DNA of 64,000 nucleotides from Microbotryum violaceum (Eukaryota): NCBI GenBank assembly GCA_001244265.2, contig CDLV01000004.1, positions 2,666,001 to 2,730,000 of the forward strand, read 5' to 3'. Shown piece by piece: positions 1 to 23,934 of this stretch (position 1 is its first letter; each line of letters starts with the position of its first letter). The notes under the pieces were generated by a model. It saw only the letters and a program-made list of their open reading frames with translations, ran no database searches and was not told where the DNA came from. The position numbers and the translations under genes were made by a program.

Positions 1-7172
<7,172 letters not shown>

Positions 7173-7858
7173 GTGGATTCAGGTGAGGTGCGAGGAGTGC
7201 TGGATGGCGTTCTGGCGGAATGTTATGTTTTGGAAGACTGTGTGTGGATGATCTTTTGTCGACATGTGACACGTTGTAAACTATTTTGACCATCATCTCG
7301 GACGCCCTTGCAGACATCACACGTCCTTTTGTATTGTGATATATGTCGCGTCCCTCGATTTTGATCATCTGGACTATAAGGGTCCCGAGGGCGCAGCCAT
7401 CATGCGGAATCTACTGTCCCTAGGTGCGTGCATACATACTGCCTTATCACGGCTGGTGGGGCCATACGGCTGACGCTTGTTGTAGTATTTCGTTCAACGC
7501 TGACACCCTCCTCGACTTGAGGGACACGTTACTTCGCTCCCAACTTGAACTGGAGTAGGCACCAGTGCAGGGAAAGCGTCCAAAGAATGCAGACGGAAAA
7601 CTTTATCTGCATCGTCTGCATCGTCTGCGTCGTCTACTTCGTTTACACGCTGAAAATCTAGCTAGCAATTTCATCTTGACTGGGTGGGCTTCGCAAACCG
7701 AGGAGCATCGAGAAGACCGCTCTCGATGATCTTGTCTAGTAACAGTGGAAGCTATGGTGGCACCTAAGCATCAATTTGGGCAAGTGTACAAGACGTAGAA
7801 AAAGCAAGCTAAAGACGAAAAAGAAGGACGGAGGTTCTCTACAAAGATGTATCGCCTA

Positions 7859-9410
<1,552 letters not shown>

Positions 9411-10078
9411 ACTTAAGACTTCGCTGGCTAGGGAACGACGCGACGTGGCGAGTCGAGCAGATACAGTGATGAAACCGTATACTATCATCCAGATAGAATT
9501 GAATTCGCGTTGGTCCCACTCAGATGAAGAGGCCAGTTTCGAGCTGAATTCGAAGTCGCTCTCCGTCCGTCGCAGCGCGACTCACAGCTTCGACCCTCAA
9601 ATCATCCGAGTGCTCTTCGTAGACAGATCGGGTGCTGAGAACAGAGGTATCATCATCGAGGGGCGACATGGTGGGCGACGGGCGTATGCAAAGATGATGT
9701 GGATTGAGAGTGCGAGACGGGCGGAATGCGAGTTGGACGGTAATAAAGTTGTGGATCGATCGCAGGCGTGGGCCAGTCGTTTTTTGAGTCGGGGGGCCAC
9801 GCTCGCCGTTAAAGCAGCCGCACGATCCGGATCGGCCGAGACCCCGCGGAGGTAAATATCGGACGAAATTTTTAGAGGTATACTATGCATGACTACGAGC
9901 GTTGTTCTGAGCATCGTCGCGGTATGCGACACGTTCAGCGTGATCTCGCAAGTTCCTGCCCGCGAGAAAGAATTATTATGTAGCCCAGGGGAAACGCGTT
10001 AGCCGGAGTGTGTCGCCTCTCGGAACCTGCGGTAGCCTTTGGTAGCCAGTTGGTAGCAGTTGACGTTGGTGGCCTGTC

Positions 10079-10665
10079 GCTGCCTGCGGACTGCCTGAGA
10101 CTGCCTGCGGCATGCGGCTGCCTGCGGTAGGACCCGGAAAGTTCAGCCCAATGTGCGTCCCCGAAAATGTACAAATCGGACCCTCCGAACCCCAAACTGC
10201 GACTCAAAAGTGGTACAAATCGGAAAAATTGGCACTCCAGATCTTGGATGTACGTCCTGGATGTGGTACAAATCGATGTACCCCGACCTCGCACCTCCCT
10301 GGTCGTCCCCTGCTCGGCCGATGGCCGAGCACGTATCAGCGGCGGGGGTCTGGGATCAGTATATGTATCAGTAGGCGCGCCGCGGGCCAACTGGCGGTTT
10401 AGTTTGAATGAGTTTCTGAACGAAATTGGACGCGCGAGCCGGTTGTAATGCAAAAAAATGCGCTTCACGCTCACAGAGCTCACAGATGCACAGACGCTCA
10501 TCGCTTTTCGGCTTTTGCTGCAAGAGTTTGACGCTGAGGACTTTAGCGCGCGCGACTTCAACACCCCCAGCCGTAAGCCGTGCCCGCACGCAGGCCTCCT
10601 GCCGTAAGCCGTGCTCGCACGCCTGCCTCGAGCATAAGCCTTGGCCCGTAAGCCGCACCCGCGCA
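10079..10665. repeat. Clusters of short direct repeats (CTGCCTGCGG-like, GTACAAATCG, GCCGTAAGCCG), possibly a transposon subterminal region
   Basis: Tandem CTGCCTG units 10079-10128; GTACAAATCG three times between 10169 and 10275; CCGTAAGCC-like units 10571-10655. Confidence 0.45.
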
Positions 10666-11351
10666 GGAATTTCCCCAAACACGCTCCCGCCGCACTGGGT
10701 CAGTTCGCACTGCCTGCTGTTGCCGTACCAGTATTCGCTGCGTACCTTTGCCACCTCCTGCCAAGGTTGGTTGCCGTCCTAGATCTCTTCCTGCTCTCAC
10801 GCCCTCTGGCTGACCGGTTCCGAGCATCTCACTGAACCTCCCCAGCGATACGAACACGCAACTGCCTCCCAGTCTTCTGCCCTGCCAGACTACGACGGAC
10901 AGCTGCCCACTGCGTACGCCTCTTCTTCTCAACCTTCCTTGTTGGATTGTTGACTGACTGTTCATACCCTGTATGCAACCGTTCTGCCCTACACCTGTCA
11001 GTGTAGCTGCACCTTCTTCTGCTGAGTACCGAGTCACGCTCCCGGAGCTAAGGTACATCACTCCCCCGCATCGGGTTCTACCTTTTGGTACTCCTGCTTA
11101 CAACTGTCCTTGTTGGGCATGTTGGCTTACTTGGCTACCTTGCGCTACAGACTACACTTGCCACCCAACGTGCCAGCGCTCAGGGTCGGTTTCCTTCTTT
11201 CAAGTGTGTCACGCTTTCCAAGCAAAGGTTTGCTAAGCCTCCCAGTCTTTGCAGTATTTCTGAGTACTAATAGGATCCACGCTTTCCAAGCAATGTGTCC
11301 TATTTTTGAGCTATCTTAAGGTCTCCGCTTCGCTTCGACTCCATCTTCATC

Positions 11352-13873
<2,522 letters not shown>

Positions 13874-14431
13874 CTTTGACGGTCCCTATCGCATCGTCAA
13901 GGCCCAGCCGGAAATCTCGTCCTACACCCTGCAGCTGAACAGGGACAATGCAGCAGTACCATTTTTTCACACGGGCAAGCTCAAGACCTACTGCAAGAAC
14001 GACACAGCCCTGTTCCCCAACCGTGAACCTGCGTGACTGGGCCCAGTGGATGTAGGTGGCGAGCCAGAATACATCATTGAAGACATTGTTGACGAGAGGA
14101 TCCGTGCTGGCAAGCAGCAATACCTCGTCTCGTGGGTTTCGTGGCCGTCAGACAGCAATTCATGGGAGCCTGCCGAGGCATTGGATAGATGGGAGCGTCG
14201 GAACGAGGAGTAGGATTTTCGACCGGAGGAGGGGATTTGTTTCAAGGCGAGGAGAATGTAAGGCGCGCGCCTTACTACGGGCCACAGGCACTAGAAATAG
14301 AGATTACGCGCACCTAGCTTCTTCAGTTCCCTCCTCATCGGGCTGACACCAGAAGCTAGTTGCAATCCATATAACTTGCACCTGTCAGCTTAGGTCGCCA
14401 GTGAGGCTCGAGAGCGATCTCGTGCCTTTCA
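13874..14431 (+). mobile_element. 3' fragment of Gypsy family G1 (integrase end, chromodomain) with intron-less 3' LTR 14257-14431
   Basis: Near-identical to 57374-58004, except the LTR lacks the 60-nt GTGAGT...TAG segment. Confidence 0.93.
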
Positions 14432-14969
14432 CATAGATATCTAGACACCTACTAATGAGGAACCCTGCGAAGGCATCGGCAAGATGCGCGCAGACGTGTT
14501 GATGGACGGAACCGTCACGCGTATTCGGGCGGCCCAAATTGTTGCGGTAGGTGAACATCGCATAACCAATGGAAAGAGCAAGCGATCGATGCCAGAGGAA
14601 GAGCAGGTTCGAATGTTGCGTCTGACTCGGTGTGAGCTGGTCACGGGTCCGGTCAGTCCGGTCTCCGCCAATGGTGACGGATTCCAAAATGCAGCAGACG
14701 CATGACAGACGCCGATCCTCGTTGAGCCTGACCGCTTTCGAGGCCGGCAGCCACGCCCACTTATAATAGGTCCCGAGCCGATTATCGAAGGGGTCCAAGC
14801 TCAAAAGCTGGCGAAGCTCATCATCATCAACGCGCGCGGCTCACGTGCCTCCCTTTTAATCCACGTCTCTCGGTCTGTGTACGTGACGTCTCGGCCGAAT
14901 CGACGAGGCGTGCATTCCGCAGCATCACATTGAGCTCACCCTACCTCCCAAATTGGCACTGCTTGGATC

Positions 14970-15883
14970 ATGTCGGCACACTACTCGGCAACTCAGCGAT
15001 TCAACTCGGCCACGTACGTACCTGGACCCCCTGTCCCTCTGTCACCGCCTCAAGTCTTCGCTCTCCACCGGACGTTTGCGCTCACCACCGAAACTGATGT
15101 ATTACTTCAAGCTGAGCAGAGCCCTTGCATCGACTGTACTCGTCGTGCTCCTCTCGCTCGTATCCTTATCCTGTTTGCTCCTCCCGGTGACGGTCACGAA
15201 CGCCTCGTTGCGCCCGAGCGACGTCAACGTCGTCCTCGGCCGGAGCGGCTATGAGAGATACCCGAGAGCGAGGGAGTTTGCCTTCGTCAAGTATGATCTT
15301 GTAGCAGGTGAGCACAGCCTCTCTTCTGCATTCTCATCAGGGCTATGCACTGACCTTGCCCCCTACCCTTCCCCCCACACCTCTGATCCATCTCCACGTC
15401 ACGTATCAGACTTGTCGCCTTTGTTCAATTGGAACACCAAACAAGTGTTCGTCTACCTCGTAGCCGAGTACGATACCTACAATTACGCAAGTCAAAAGCA
15501 GAACACGGTCGAAGTACAATCAATCCCGTACTGACTCTTCGGGACCTGTCTCATCAGCCGAACAATGCGGTCGTCCTGTGGGATCGCATCGTGCGCAACA
15601 AGAAGTACGCGACCATCAATCTCAGTAACGGCAAGCAGAAATACGAGTTTAAGGAAATCACCGACACGTTCAGGTAATTTACACATCGGGGAATTCCCTC
15701 ATTCGATTGGAATCGTGGGATCCTCGCTGATGTCCGACCCTCGTTCTTCTCAGGAACGTCTCGGCCACATTCTCGCTCAGGTATCAGATCCAACCCCATG
15801 TCGGAAAACTGATCGATGGCGAGGTGATCAGGACGGAAAAAGCCTTTGATTTCCCGCCTGTGCAAAGACAGGTCACAGGGTGA
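14970..15883 (+). CDS. SPC3: Signal peptidase complex subunit 3 (SPC22/23), five exons
   Basis: N-terminal hydrophobic anchor; family motifs DLSPLFNWNTKQVFVYLVAEY and VVLWDRIV; splicing gives one continuous frame ending FDFPPVQRQVTG*. Confidence 0.9.
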
Positions 15884-16515
15884 CAGCTTTCGAAGCACAA
15901 CCAGTCTGGCCCACCCTTTTGCAACCCCTTGGCTCTCCACATCCTTTCATGGCTATGGCGGTCGAACCGACACCTCGATTCAAAGGTGTATATAACAGAA
16001 CGTAAGAAGAGAGCGAGAGCGAGAGCGATTGGAAGAAAAGGGGTAGTGGGGAAAGGCTGCGATTAATGTTAACGTATAGAAGGAAGGGGCGAAGGAAAGA
16101 TGAGCAGGCGACGCTGGCCACCGTACTGCCTACTTGAACAAAAATATTACGAGCGTCGTAAGCGGGCTGCCACAAAGAGAGAGCCGGCTAGAGAGTCAGC
16201 CGAAGCAAGGTCGAGTCGAAACCCAAAGAGGTTCAAGATCAACTCACCCCCCCTCCTTCGCCCCCCGAAGAAAACAAGAACGATTTTGTTACATTTTGTG
16301 ACAACCCTTCAGAACAATGAATCAGGAAATCCACACGAACGGGAAAGCAAGCGAAGAATGAAAAAATAGCACGCTTTGCAGATCGAAAATTGACATTCGC
16401 CTTGGGGAAAAGGACAACGACGACGACGATCGTAATTATGGGAAAGAGAACGACCAACGACCATGATCAAATTGATGTCTCCAAGTCGAGTGGGACAGCG
16501 AGACCATAACTCCCA

Positions 16516-17544
16516 TCAACTTCTGCCTCTCCGAATTGGCGGCAGTCGAGTCGGCGCGGCGTAAGTACCTCTTCTCCGCCTCTCCCCGCCCAAAGGTGAG
16601 ATTGTGCCAAGTGTTGTTCCTGCTGTCACAGTTGCTTGTCCAGCAGGTATCGGCTTGTTTGTAACTGTATCGACGAGCTCACTTGAAGTATACACTGATG
16701 ACGAGCGCAAGGTATCCGTGATCGTCGTCTCGCTCGGGGCCGAAGACGTATAGCTGCCGCTGGGGATGACGGTACCGGTTGTTCTACTCTTGGGCGTTGT
16801 CTTGAATCGCGTCGAGGTATAATTTGCGCCCGTGGCTTCGTACTGCGAGCTGTCGGTGTCATTGACGCGGCGCCGCGACAATCCGACACCTAGTCCGATG
16901 GCCAGAGCGATGGCGATGACGGTCGCGATGAGCAGAACCAGTGCAAGAGGGCGCATGTACCAAGGTCGGCCATACGATCGCTTCCGTCCGGAACTGCCAT
17001 CAAGGAGTGACGATCCGGACCCTCCTTGCTCCGCCTTGATGCCCATCGCCATCGTACCTGGGCCACCAGTTCCTGCTGCAGCACCACTCGCCTTCGAACC
17101 GGCCACACCTGCACCTGCAGAGGCGGCTTCATCAGTCCCAGCACCCACTGCAGCACCATGGCCATATTCATCGGCGCCCTTGGTTGTATGAGGCGCGAGG
17201 TAAGGTTTCTCCGACGTGAGCTCCCTCAACGATGGGCTGGGACTGAGGCCGGGGCCAAGCGTGCGGTCCGTTGCAGCACCTGCACCTACACCGCCTACCG
17301 CACCGGCTGCTAGTCGTGGCGACGAGCCGTCAACCGAACTAGGGGCATGGCTGTTGGACCCGCGCGGGCGGGCGTTGAGCAGTCCGACGTCGTAGCCCTC
17401 TTGGCGATCCCGCTCGGTCAAGGGCAGGCCTCGCGATTGGGCCAGGTACGGGTCACGCCCCGATCCACCATAGGCGGCACTAGGCGGGTTCAATGGTGGT
17501 GATGGTGGTGGTGTCGAGGACGGAGGCGAGGAGGGGCGGGACAT
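16516..17544 (-). CDS. Hypothetical single-pass membrane protein (Pro/Gly-rich N-terminus, Ser/Thr-rich C-terminus)
   Basis: Open frame from ATG 17544; one hydrophobic helix LALVLLIATVIAIALAIGLGVGL preceded by RKRSYGRPWY; N-glycosylation sequons NDT and NYT after the helix. Confidence 0.75.
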   Translation of the reverse strand: MSRPSSPPSSTPPPSPPLNPPSAAYGGSGRDPYLAQSRGLPLTERDRQEGYDVGLLNARPRGSNSHAPSSVDGSSPRLAAGAVGGVGAGAATDRTLGPGLSPSPSLRELTSEKPYLAPHTTKGADEYGHGAAVGAGTDEAASAGAGVAGSKASGAAAGTGGPGTMAMGIKAEQGGSGSSLLDGSSGRKRSYGRPWYMRPLALVLLIATVIAIALAIGLGVGLSRRRVNDTDSSQYEATGANYTSTRFKTTPKSRTTGTVIPSGSYTSSAPSETTITDTLRSSSVYTSSELVDTVTNKPIPAGQATVTAGTTLGTISPLGGERRRRGTYAAPTRLPPIRRGRS

Positions 17545-18960
17545 GGAGCGGGACGTAGGCTGAGCCGGATGTTTGACGTTTCGAGGGTGATCTCGCGCCG
17601 CGCCGGGGTTGGGATGTCGATCAAGGAAGGGGACGGGGAGGGGCGAGGGGCGGGGGGCTGTTGTGCGCAGAGGCGATGCAATCGAGGACCCCACGGACAC
17701 ACGCGCGGACTAGTTGTTGTACAAGAACCAAGCAGGTGGGCTTTACAGACCGTATGGAACAAGAACACAGGAGACGCGTGGTGGTAGTGAGATGTTCGAG
17801 TGGCTGGCGTGATATGGAGAGGATGTGTGATCGCGGTTTGTGATCAAAGCGAAAGGCGTCCATAAGATCGGGGGTGGACTGAATTAGCAGCACAGGCGCA
17901 GGGTGTCGCAGGCCTGCTGGCGCCGGTGGCACTTAGCAGCACCGCATTGTGGCACCTGAGGCCTGAGCCCTGCGCGGCCGTGACGCCGTAGGGCTCGGCT
18001 GGGCGCTTTCCCGGGCGCGGCGCAGCTCTAGCTTGAAGTTGGATGTGAGCTACTAAAAGCAATCTTCGATTTCTTCTTAAGAGCTAAACGTCTCGTTTTG
18101 AAGAAATTAGGGGTCCCAGCCATGAATTTCTGTCCGTTCTTAACGCGTCATTTGCAGGAGATAGCGCCCCCGGCCTGCCCCGCAGCCACGTGCTCCTTCC
18201 CGCCGCAATTTAACTATGTATGCGGGAACAAGTAGTTATAGGAGGCGCATCCAGCGGTGTGAGGATCGGTAGCTCGGCGGCAGTTCCACAACGGCTGGCC
18301 ATTCAACCGCCGGACCGCCGGACTGATCGACCGACACGACTGGCCCTTTGCGCGGCGCAGTCCTCGGCGGTTCGCATGCAAAGAAAGCAGGAAACGCCCC
18401 CTGACAGGTACTGGTGCTCACCACGTTACCTCTTGGGACCCGTTTGGCACTAGTTCTGGCGTGCCTTTCCCTTTGCTCTCACGGTAGCTGCGCAAATGTC
18501 ACAAATGAGATCTCGCGGGGACTTGCGCTCTTGGCTCACGTGGTCTCACCCGTTCCACGTGACCTCAGCTCGCTCGGAGTACGGGTTCTCGCCTGTCGCA
18601 CGTGATTACGTCTTGATCACATGATTTCGCTTGGCTTACATCAGCTCACTTGGTCACATGGTCACGATTCGGGTACATCGGCTGGGTTTTTACACGTGAT
18701 CTCGCCTGGTCCATGTGATTCTTGCCTGGTCCATGAGATCTTGCCTGGTCCACGTGATCTGGCTCGGTCAGATGATTCCGTTTGGCTTACATCATCTCGC
18801 TTGATGCACATGACCATGGGCACGTGTTCCTTTGTATTCTATCCTGTGTATAATAAAAGGTGTCCAGTGTGATAGCTTGCTTCTCTTTCTCCTTTCTGCA
18901 ACTTGAATCTCGACTCAAATACGCCCTTGCTCGACCTTGCCCCTTTCCTGGCCTTCAGTG

Positions 18961-21900
18961 AGTTGGCGTGTTGTGAATGAGGATTAGCAGGAAGGCGGCT
19001 TTCGGTTATTTGATTAGAAGCGCGCGTTTGTTTAGTGAAGCCTGGCGATGCGCACCAACCGTTGTCTTCTCTCCACGGTTGGATTACACGCTCGTCAGGT
19101 ACGTACATCTAGCACTACGGCTACTATCATATGCAATTAACTGACGGTTGGATTACACGCTCGTCAGTCTGTTATTTGGTAGCGTCTGTATTGCCGCAAG
19201 GCACAGATCCGCACGCAGAAAAGACGCAGCGCATATCCAAGATGGCGACTCCCACGGCTGACCACGTCAGTCTGATGGGCGACCTATACGGCAAAGTCGA
19301 CGCCACCAACTGGGGTGTTGCCAGGGAGCGACTTCAGAACGTCCTGAAAGGCGAGGGCCGCCTCAAGCACGTCACCGGTGTTCTAGACGTCGGCCCCGAG
19401 CCTTTGCAGTCCGAGTTCACTCGCTTGGAGGGCGACAACTGGGTAGACGATGTGGCCACCTATCGCAACCAACTTCGATTGTACCGTCAGGATGTCGACG
19501 CTCTCGATCAGGCCCTTGCGCAGGCGCGCAACACGCTAATCGTATGCTTGGGGAGTCCACCTTCGCCCGCGTCAAAGCCAACGCCACGCACGACTTGTGG
19601 GCCGCGCTCGATAAGGATCTCGGTCGCGCTTCGGACGATTTCATGCGCTCAGCGAAGCTCGACGCCCTCTTCTTGTGTGAGCCATTTGTCGACGGCGAAG
19701 CGCTCGACCCATGGCTTGCGAACTTCAACCGGTTGTTTGAGGACCTCGTTGCCGCCCACGTCTCCCGTGACAAAGCCTATCAACGCGCCAGGATCGACGG
19801 CACATCGTTTACCCAGAGCGATTTCGACAAGTGGGTACCAGCGCCCGCGCTGTCCGAGGGCGTTCGCATGGACCTCTTGAAGGCTAGGATGCCGAGGAAC
19901 CTCGTGACGGTCATCGACTCCATCGGCACGCTCCCATCGCTCGAGCAAGTTGAGGGCGCGATACGTAGGGCCGCACTTTCCTCGAGCCGGCAGATCGAGC
20001 CCATCGCGGAGGCATTAGCGGCACGGGTGCAGTCTCGGAGTCAGCCAGCCTCGGGTCGTCCTCGCTCGAAACCCTCGGGCCGTCCTTCCGGTCCCTCGGC
20101 GCCCCCCTTCCTTCAGGCCTCGAGGGTGCCCGGCCTCAAGGAGAGGTGGCCTCACGGGATCTCGCACGCTGGTCGCCTGAAACTGGGTCGGATGCAGTGC
20201 AGAAGGTGCTACGAGCAGGGACATCTTGGCGACGAATGCACGGTGCCGTCGGCAGAGGTCTCTCGCCGCCGCATCGCTGTTCTCGCCAAGCACAACATCA
20301 CCATTGGCGCGGCCGACGTAATGGCGCTCGTCGCCGTCGACCGTGCACCTGAGGCTCAGCTCGAGGACGAGGCCTACGAGGGATACTTGGTCGTCGGCGT
20401 ACCCATTGGTGACGACGACACGGCGCTGTACCTGAGCGACATCCCGCGCTACTTGCTTGATTCAGGTGCGACCCGCCACATGACGACTCGCCGGGACCTC
20501 CTCATCGACTTCAAGCCCTTCACCACGGAGCGCGTCCGGGTCGTCGGCGCCTTCAACTCCAGTGCCATGGCGACCGGTACGGGCACTCTCCGGTTCGGTG
20601 TCGACGAAGTGTCCATCGAGCTCCATGACGTCCTCCTCGTCCCCGGTCTGTCCGCTGAACTCGTCTCACTCGCCGGCCTGATGAAGGACGGGTATGAGCT
20701 ATCCAACGAGTGCGACGCGGCTGGGAAACATACCGGGATCGCGATCTTGAGCGCGACCTCCCGCCTTTCCTTCGCCCTCGATCGCAACCACTACGTGCTT
20801 CAGGCAAGTTCTCACCCACCTCCTCGGGCGGATCACCTGGCGCTGACTGCCACCACCTTGCCTACAGACATAGTGCTTTGGCATCAGCGCTTGGGTCATC
20901 CTTCTTGGGGTCGTTTGGTAGAGCTTGTTAGGTCGGGTCAAATTCCACTCGATGTAGCAGCTGTAACTCCGGATCAGATTCGCCTCCTCGATCAGTGCGA
21001 TGCTTGTTGCGCCGGCAAAACCGTCTCTTCCCCGAACCGGGAACCCGCGAGCCACCCCGCGGACGCACCTTTCTCCCGTGTCTTTGCCGACGTGTGGGGT
21101 CCTTCCCCTGTGCCCGCACTTTCGGGTGCTCGTTACCTCTGCGGCATCACGGACGAGTTTTCGCGCTTCCGCTGGGCTCGCAGCATCCGGCTCAAGAGTG
21201 ACTCGTCAGCCGTCCTTCAGGATTTTGTTGCGATGTCGAAGACCCAGTATGGGGGCCAGGGCGTCACGACGCTGCGCACGGACAGAGGGGGCGAGTTTGT
21301 GAACCACAGGCTCCGGGATTGGCTCGCCGCGCGGGGCATTTTCCACGAGCTCTCCACAGCGTACGAGCACGGCCAGATGGGCGTTCAGGAACGCAGCTGG
21401 CGAACGATCTTCAACTCCGTTCGCGCCTGGCTCCATCGCTCGGGACTGCCTCCCGCACTTTGGGATGAAGCGGCGCACGCCGCGATCTACGTCATAAATC
21501 TGCTCCCCTCGTCGCCGCTCCAGCAGCGCACCCCAGACTCTGTGCTGCACGAACCCTCGGACCCGGTCACGGACACCCGCCGCCCCCGCCTCGACCGTGT
21601 CAAGACCTGGGGCTGTGCCGCTCACGTGCCGCTCGCCCCCGAGCAACGTCCCAACAAGCTGGCCCCGCGATCCCGCCTTTGCTACTTTGTTGGCTACTCC
21701 TCGCGATCCAAGGCCTGGCGCTTCTTCAATCCGGTTCGCAACAAGGTCTTTGAGTCGTCTCAGGCCAGGTTCTTTGAGGACCGTTTCTTCCCCCCTGCGG
21801 TGAGCCCTGCCATGCCTGCCATCCCTGTTGCGGTCGGTTTGTCTTACCCGCCCGCGCCGCTCGGCATCGGTTCCGCCGCTGCGCCCCCTGTCGCCGAAGC

Positions 21901-23934
21901 GCCGGCCGTGGCTCCCGCTGCCGCCGCTCCGCCACCCGTTCCGCCCGCCCTCGCATTTTCGAACCCTGGTCCGGCAAACGCACCGCCCGATGGTGATCGC
22001 TCCACCCGGACCCGCCGTCCGCCTGACTACCTCGGATTTGCTCACGCGGCACAGCATTGGGAGTTTGCCGACCACGCAGCCATCCAGTTCAATGACTTCG
22101 ACGAAGGTGACCCTGACACGCAGATGTACTCGTTTGAGGAAGTCTCTGCGCTCCTCGCCAAGATCGACAGCGATGACACTCCTTCGGTCCAGGCCGCCCT
22201 CGCTGGCCCCTTTCGTGATTACTGGCTGGCCGCCATGTCGGTGGAGGAGGGAGCTCTCGCCGCTAAGAACGCGTTCTCCAAGCCGGTTCGACCCCCGCCC
22301 GGGGCCATTGTCATCGGGAGCATGTGGGTGCTCCTCGTCAAGCGCAATGCGGAGGGTCAAATTGTCAAGTACAAAGCTCGACTTGTTGCGCGCGGGGACA
22401 TGCAAAGACGTCGGGGGGTGCACATCAATTCGTTCTCGCCCACAGGTCGAGCCGCCTCTCATCGACTGTTACTCGCCCTCGCCGTCGAGAACGAGTGGGA
22501 GACCCGCCAGTTCGACGTCTCGTCTGCGTACCTCAACGGTAACCTCGGCGGGACCGAGATCTACATGCGACTACCCGGAGGCGATATCGTGCGCTTGCAG
22601 CGCGCTCTCTACGGCCTCGTTCAGGCGGGCCGCGAGTGGTACAAGGTCTTCACTGAATGGATCCTGTCCATTGGCTTCACCCGCACCGACAGTGACCATG
22701 CCGTTTTCGTTCGCAAAGAGGGGGATCGACGGTCTTTCCTCTCCATTCATGTCGACGACGGTCTGCTCACGGGTGACGGGGATCTCGACGGCGTGCTCTG
22801 TCAGCTCAAGGCTCGGTTCGAAGCTCGCAGCACCAACGAGGCTTCCTTCTTCCTCGGCCAGAGCATCCGTTGTGAGGGCAAGACGGGTGCTGCGATTGTC
22901 AACCAGGGACATTTCGTCGATGCCATCCTCGAGGAACACCACATGGCCAATGCCTCCCCCGCCCCACGCCTCTCGCGGCTCCGTCGACTCTGAGGAATCG
23001 CGCTGACTCCGGTTTTGATACTGCCTCGATCCCCTATCGCGCCATTGTAGGCAAGCTCTTATACCTCTCTGGCACCACCCGACCCGACATCGCGTTCGCC
23101 GTTTCAAAGGCTGCTCGTTTCTGCAACGACTTCACGGCGGAGCATTGGGAGGCGCTCAAACACATCCTGCGCTACCTTGTCGGTACCCGCAATTTTGGCA
23201 TCCGCTATCAGAAGTCCTTCCAGCCTATGTCGGCAATCTTGGAGGGATTTGTCGATGCTGATCATGGCGCCGACCCGGTCACTCGCCGGAGCGTCTCGGG
23301 CTACGTGTTCATGTGCGCTGGTGGGGCTATCTCTTGGGTCGCCAAGCGACAGACTCTCGTCACCCTCTCCAGTACCGAGGCCGAGTATGTGGCCATGTCA
23401 TACGCCGCTCGCGAGGGGATTTGGTTACGTCGTTTGCTTGCGGATCTTGGCTTCGAGCAGACCGCTCCGACTCGTTTGCGGGGTGACAACCAGTCCGCCA
23501 TCACTCTGGCCAAGCACCCGGCTTTCCATGCTCGTACCAAACATATTGGCATCCACTTTCACTTCATCCGGGACCACATCGCGGAAGGCACGATCAAGAT
23601 GGTCTGGGTGCCCACGGGCACCATGGCTGCGGACGTCCTCACCAAGGGGCTCGGGACACAGAAGCACTATCAGTTTGTACACGCAATGGGGCTTATAGAT
23701 TCATCGCGTGAAGGGGCGAGTTGGCGTGTTGTGAATGAGGATTAGCAGGAAGGCGGCTTTCGGTTATTTGATTAGAAGCGCGCGTTTGTTTAGTGAAGCC
23801 TGGCGATGCGCACCAACCGTTGTCTTCTCTCCACGGTTGGATTACACGCTCGTCAGGTACGTACATCTAGCACTACGGCTACTATCATATGCAATTAACT
23901 GACGGTTGGATTACACGCTCGTCAGTCTGTTATT
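18961..23934 (+). mobile_element. Copia family B LTR retrotransposon, full length, two frameshifts (~19553, ~22960)
   Basis: Apparently identical 216-bp LTRs 18961-19176 and 23719-23934, TSD CAGTG, PBS TGGTAGCG at 19177, PPT GAAGGGGCG. CCHC knuckle, LLDSGAT protease, integrase, HVDD RT, RNase H FVDADHG. Confidence 0.96.
19099..19167 (+). other. Predicted 69-nt intron in Copia B LTR (also 23857-23925)
   Basis: GTACGT donor, AACTGAC branch, CAG acceptor; last 24 nt identical to the 24 nt preceding the donor. Confidence 0.75.

Noticed and set aside
7605-7645. 9-bp TCTGCATCG tandem repeat
   Set aside because: Short degenerate microsatellite-like tract with no supporting context.
9935-10782. Overlapping 100-250 aa ORFs
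   Set aside because: GC-rich repetitive sequence with no recognisable domains; probably spurious.
19544-22993. Programmed frameshifting in Copia B
   Set aside because: Both breaks fall in short G or C runs inside gag and RT, so mutation or sequencing error is more likely.
21206-23006. Long antisense and alternative-frame ORFs within Copia B
   Set aside because: Expected shadows of a GC-rich pol gene with biased codons.
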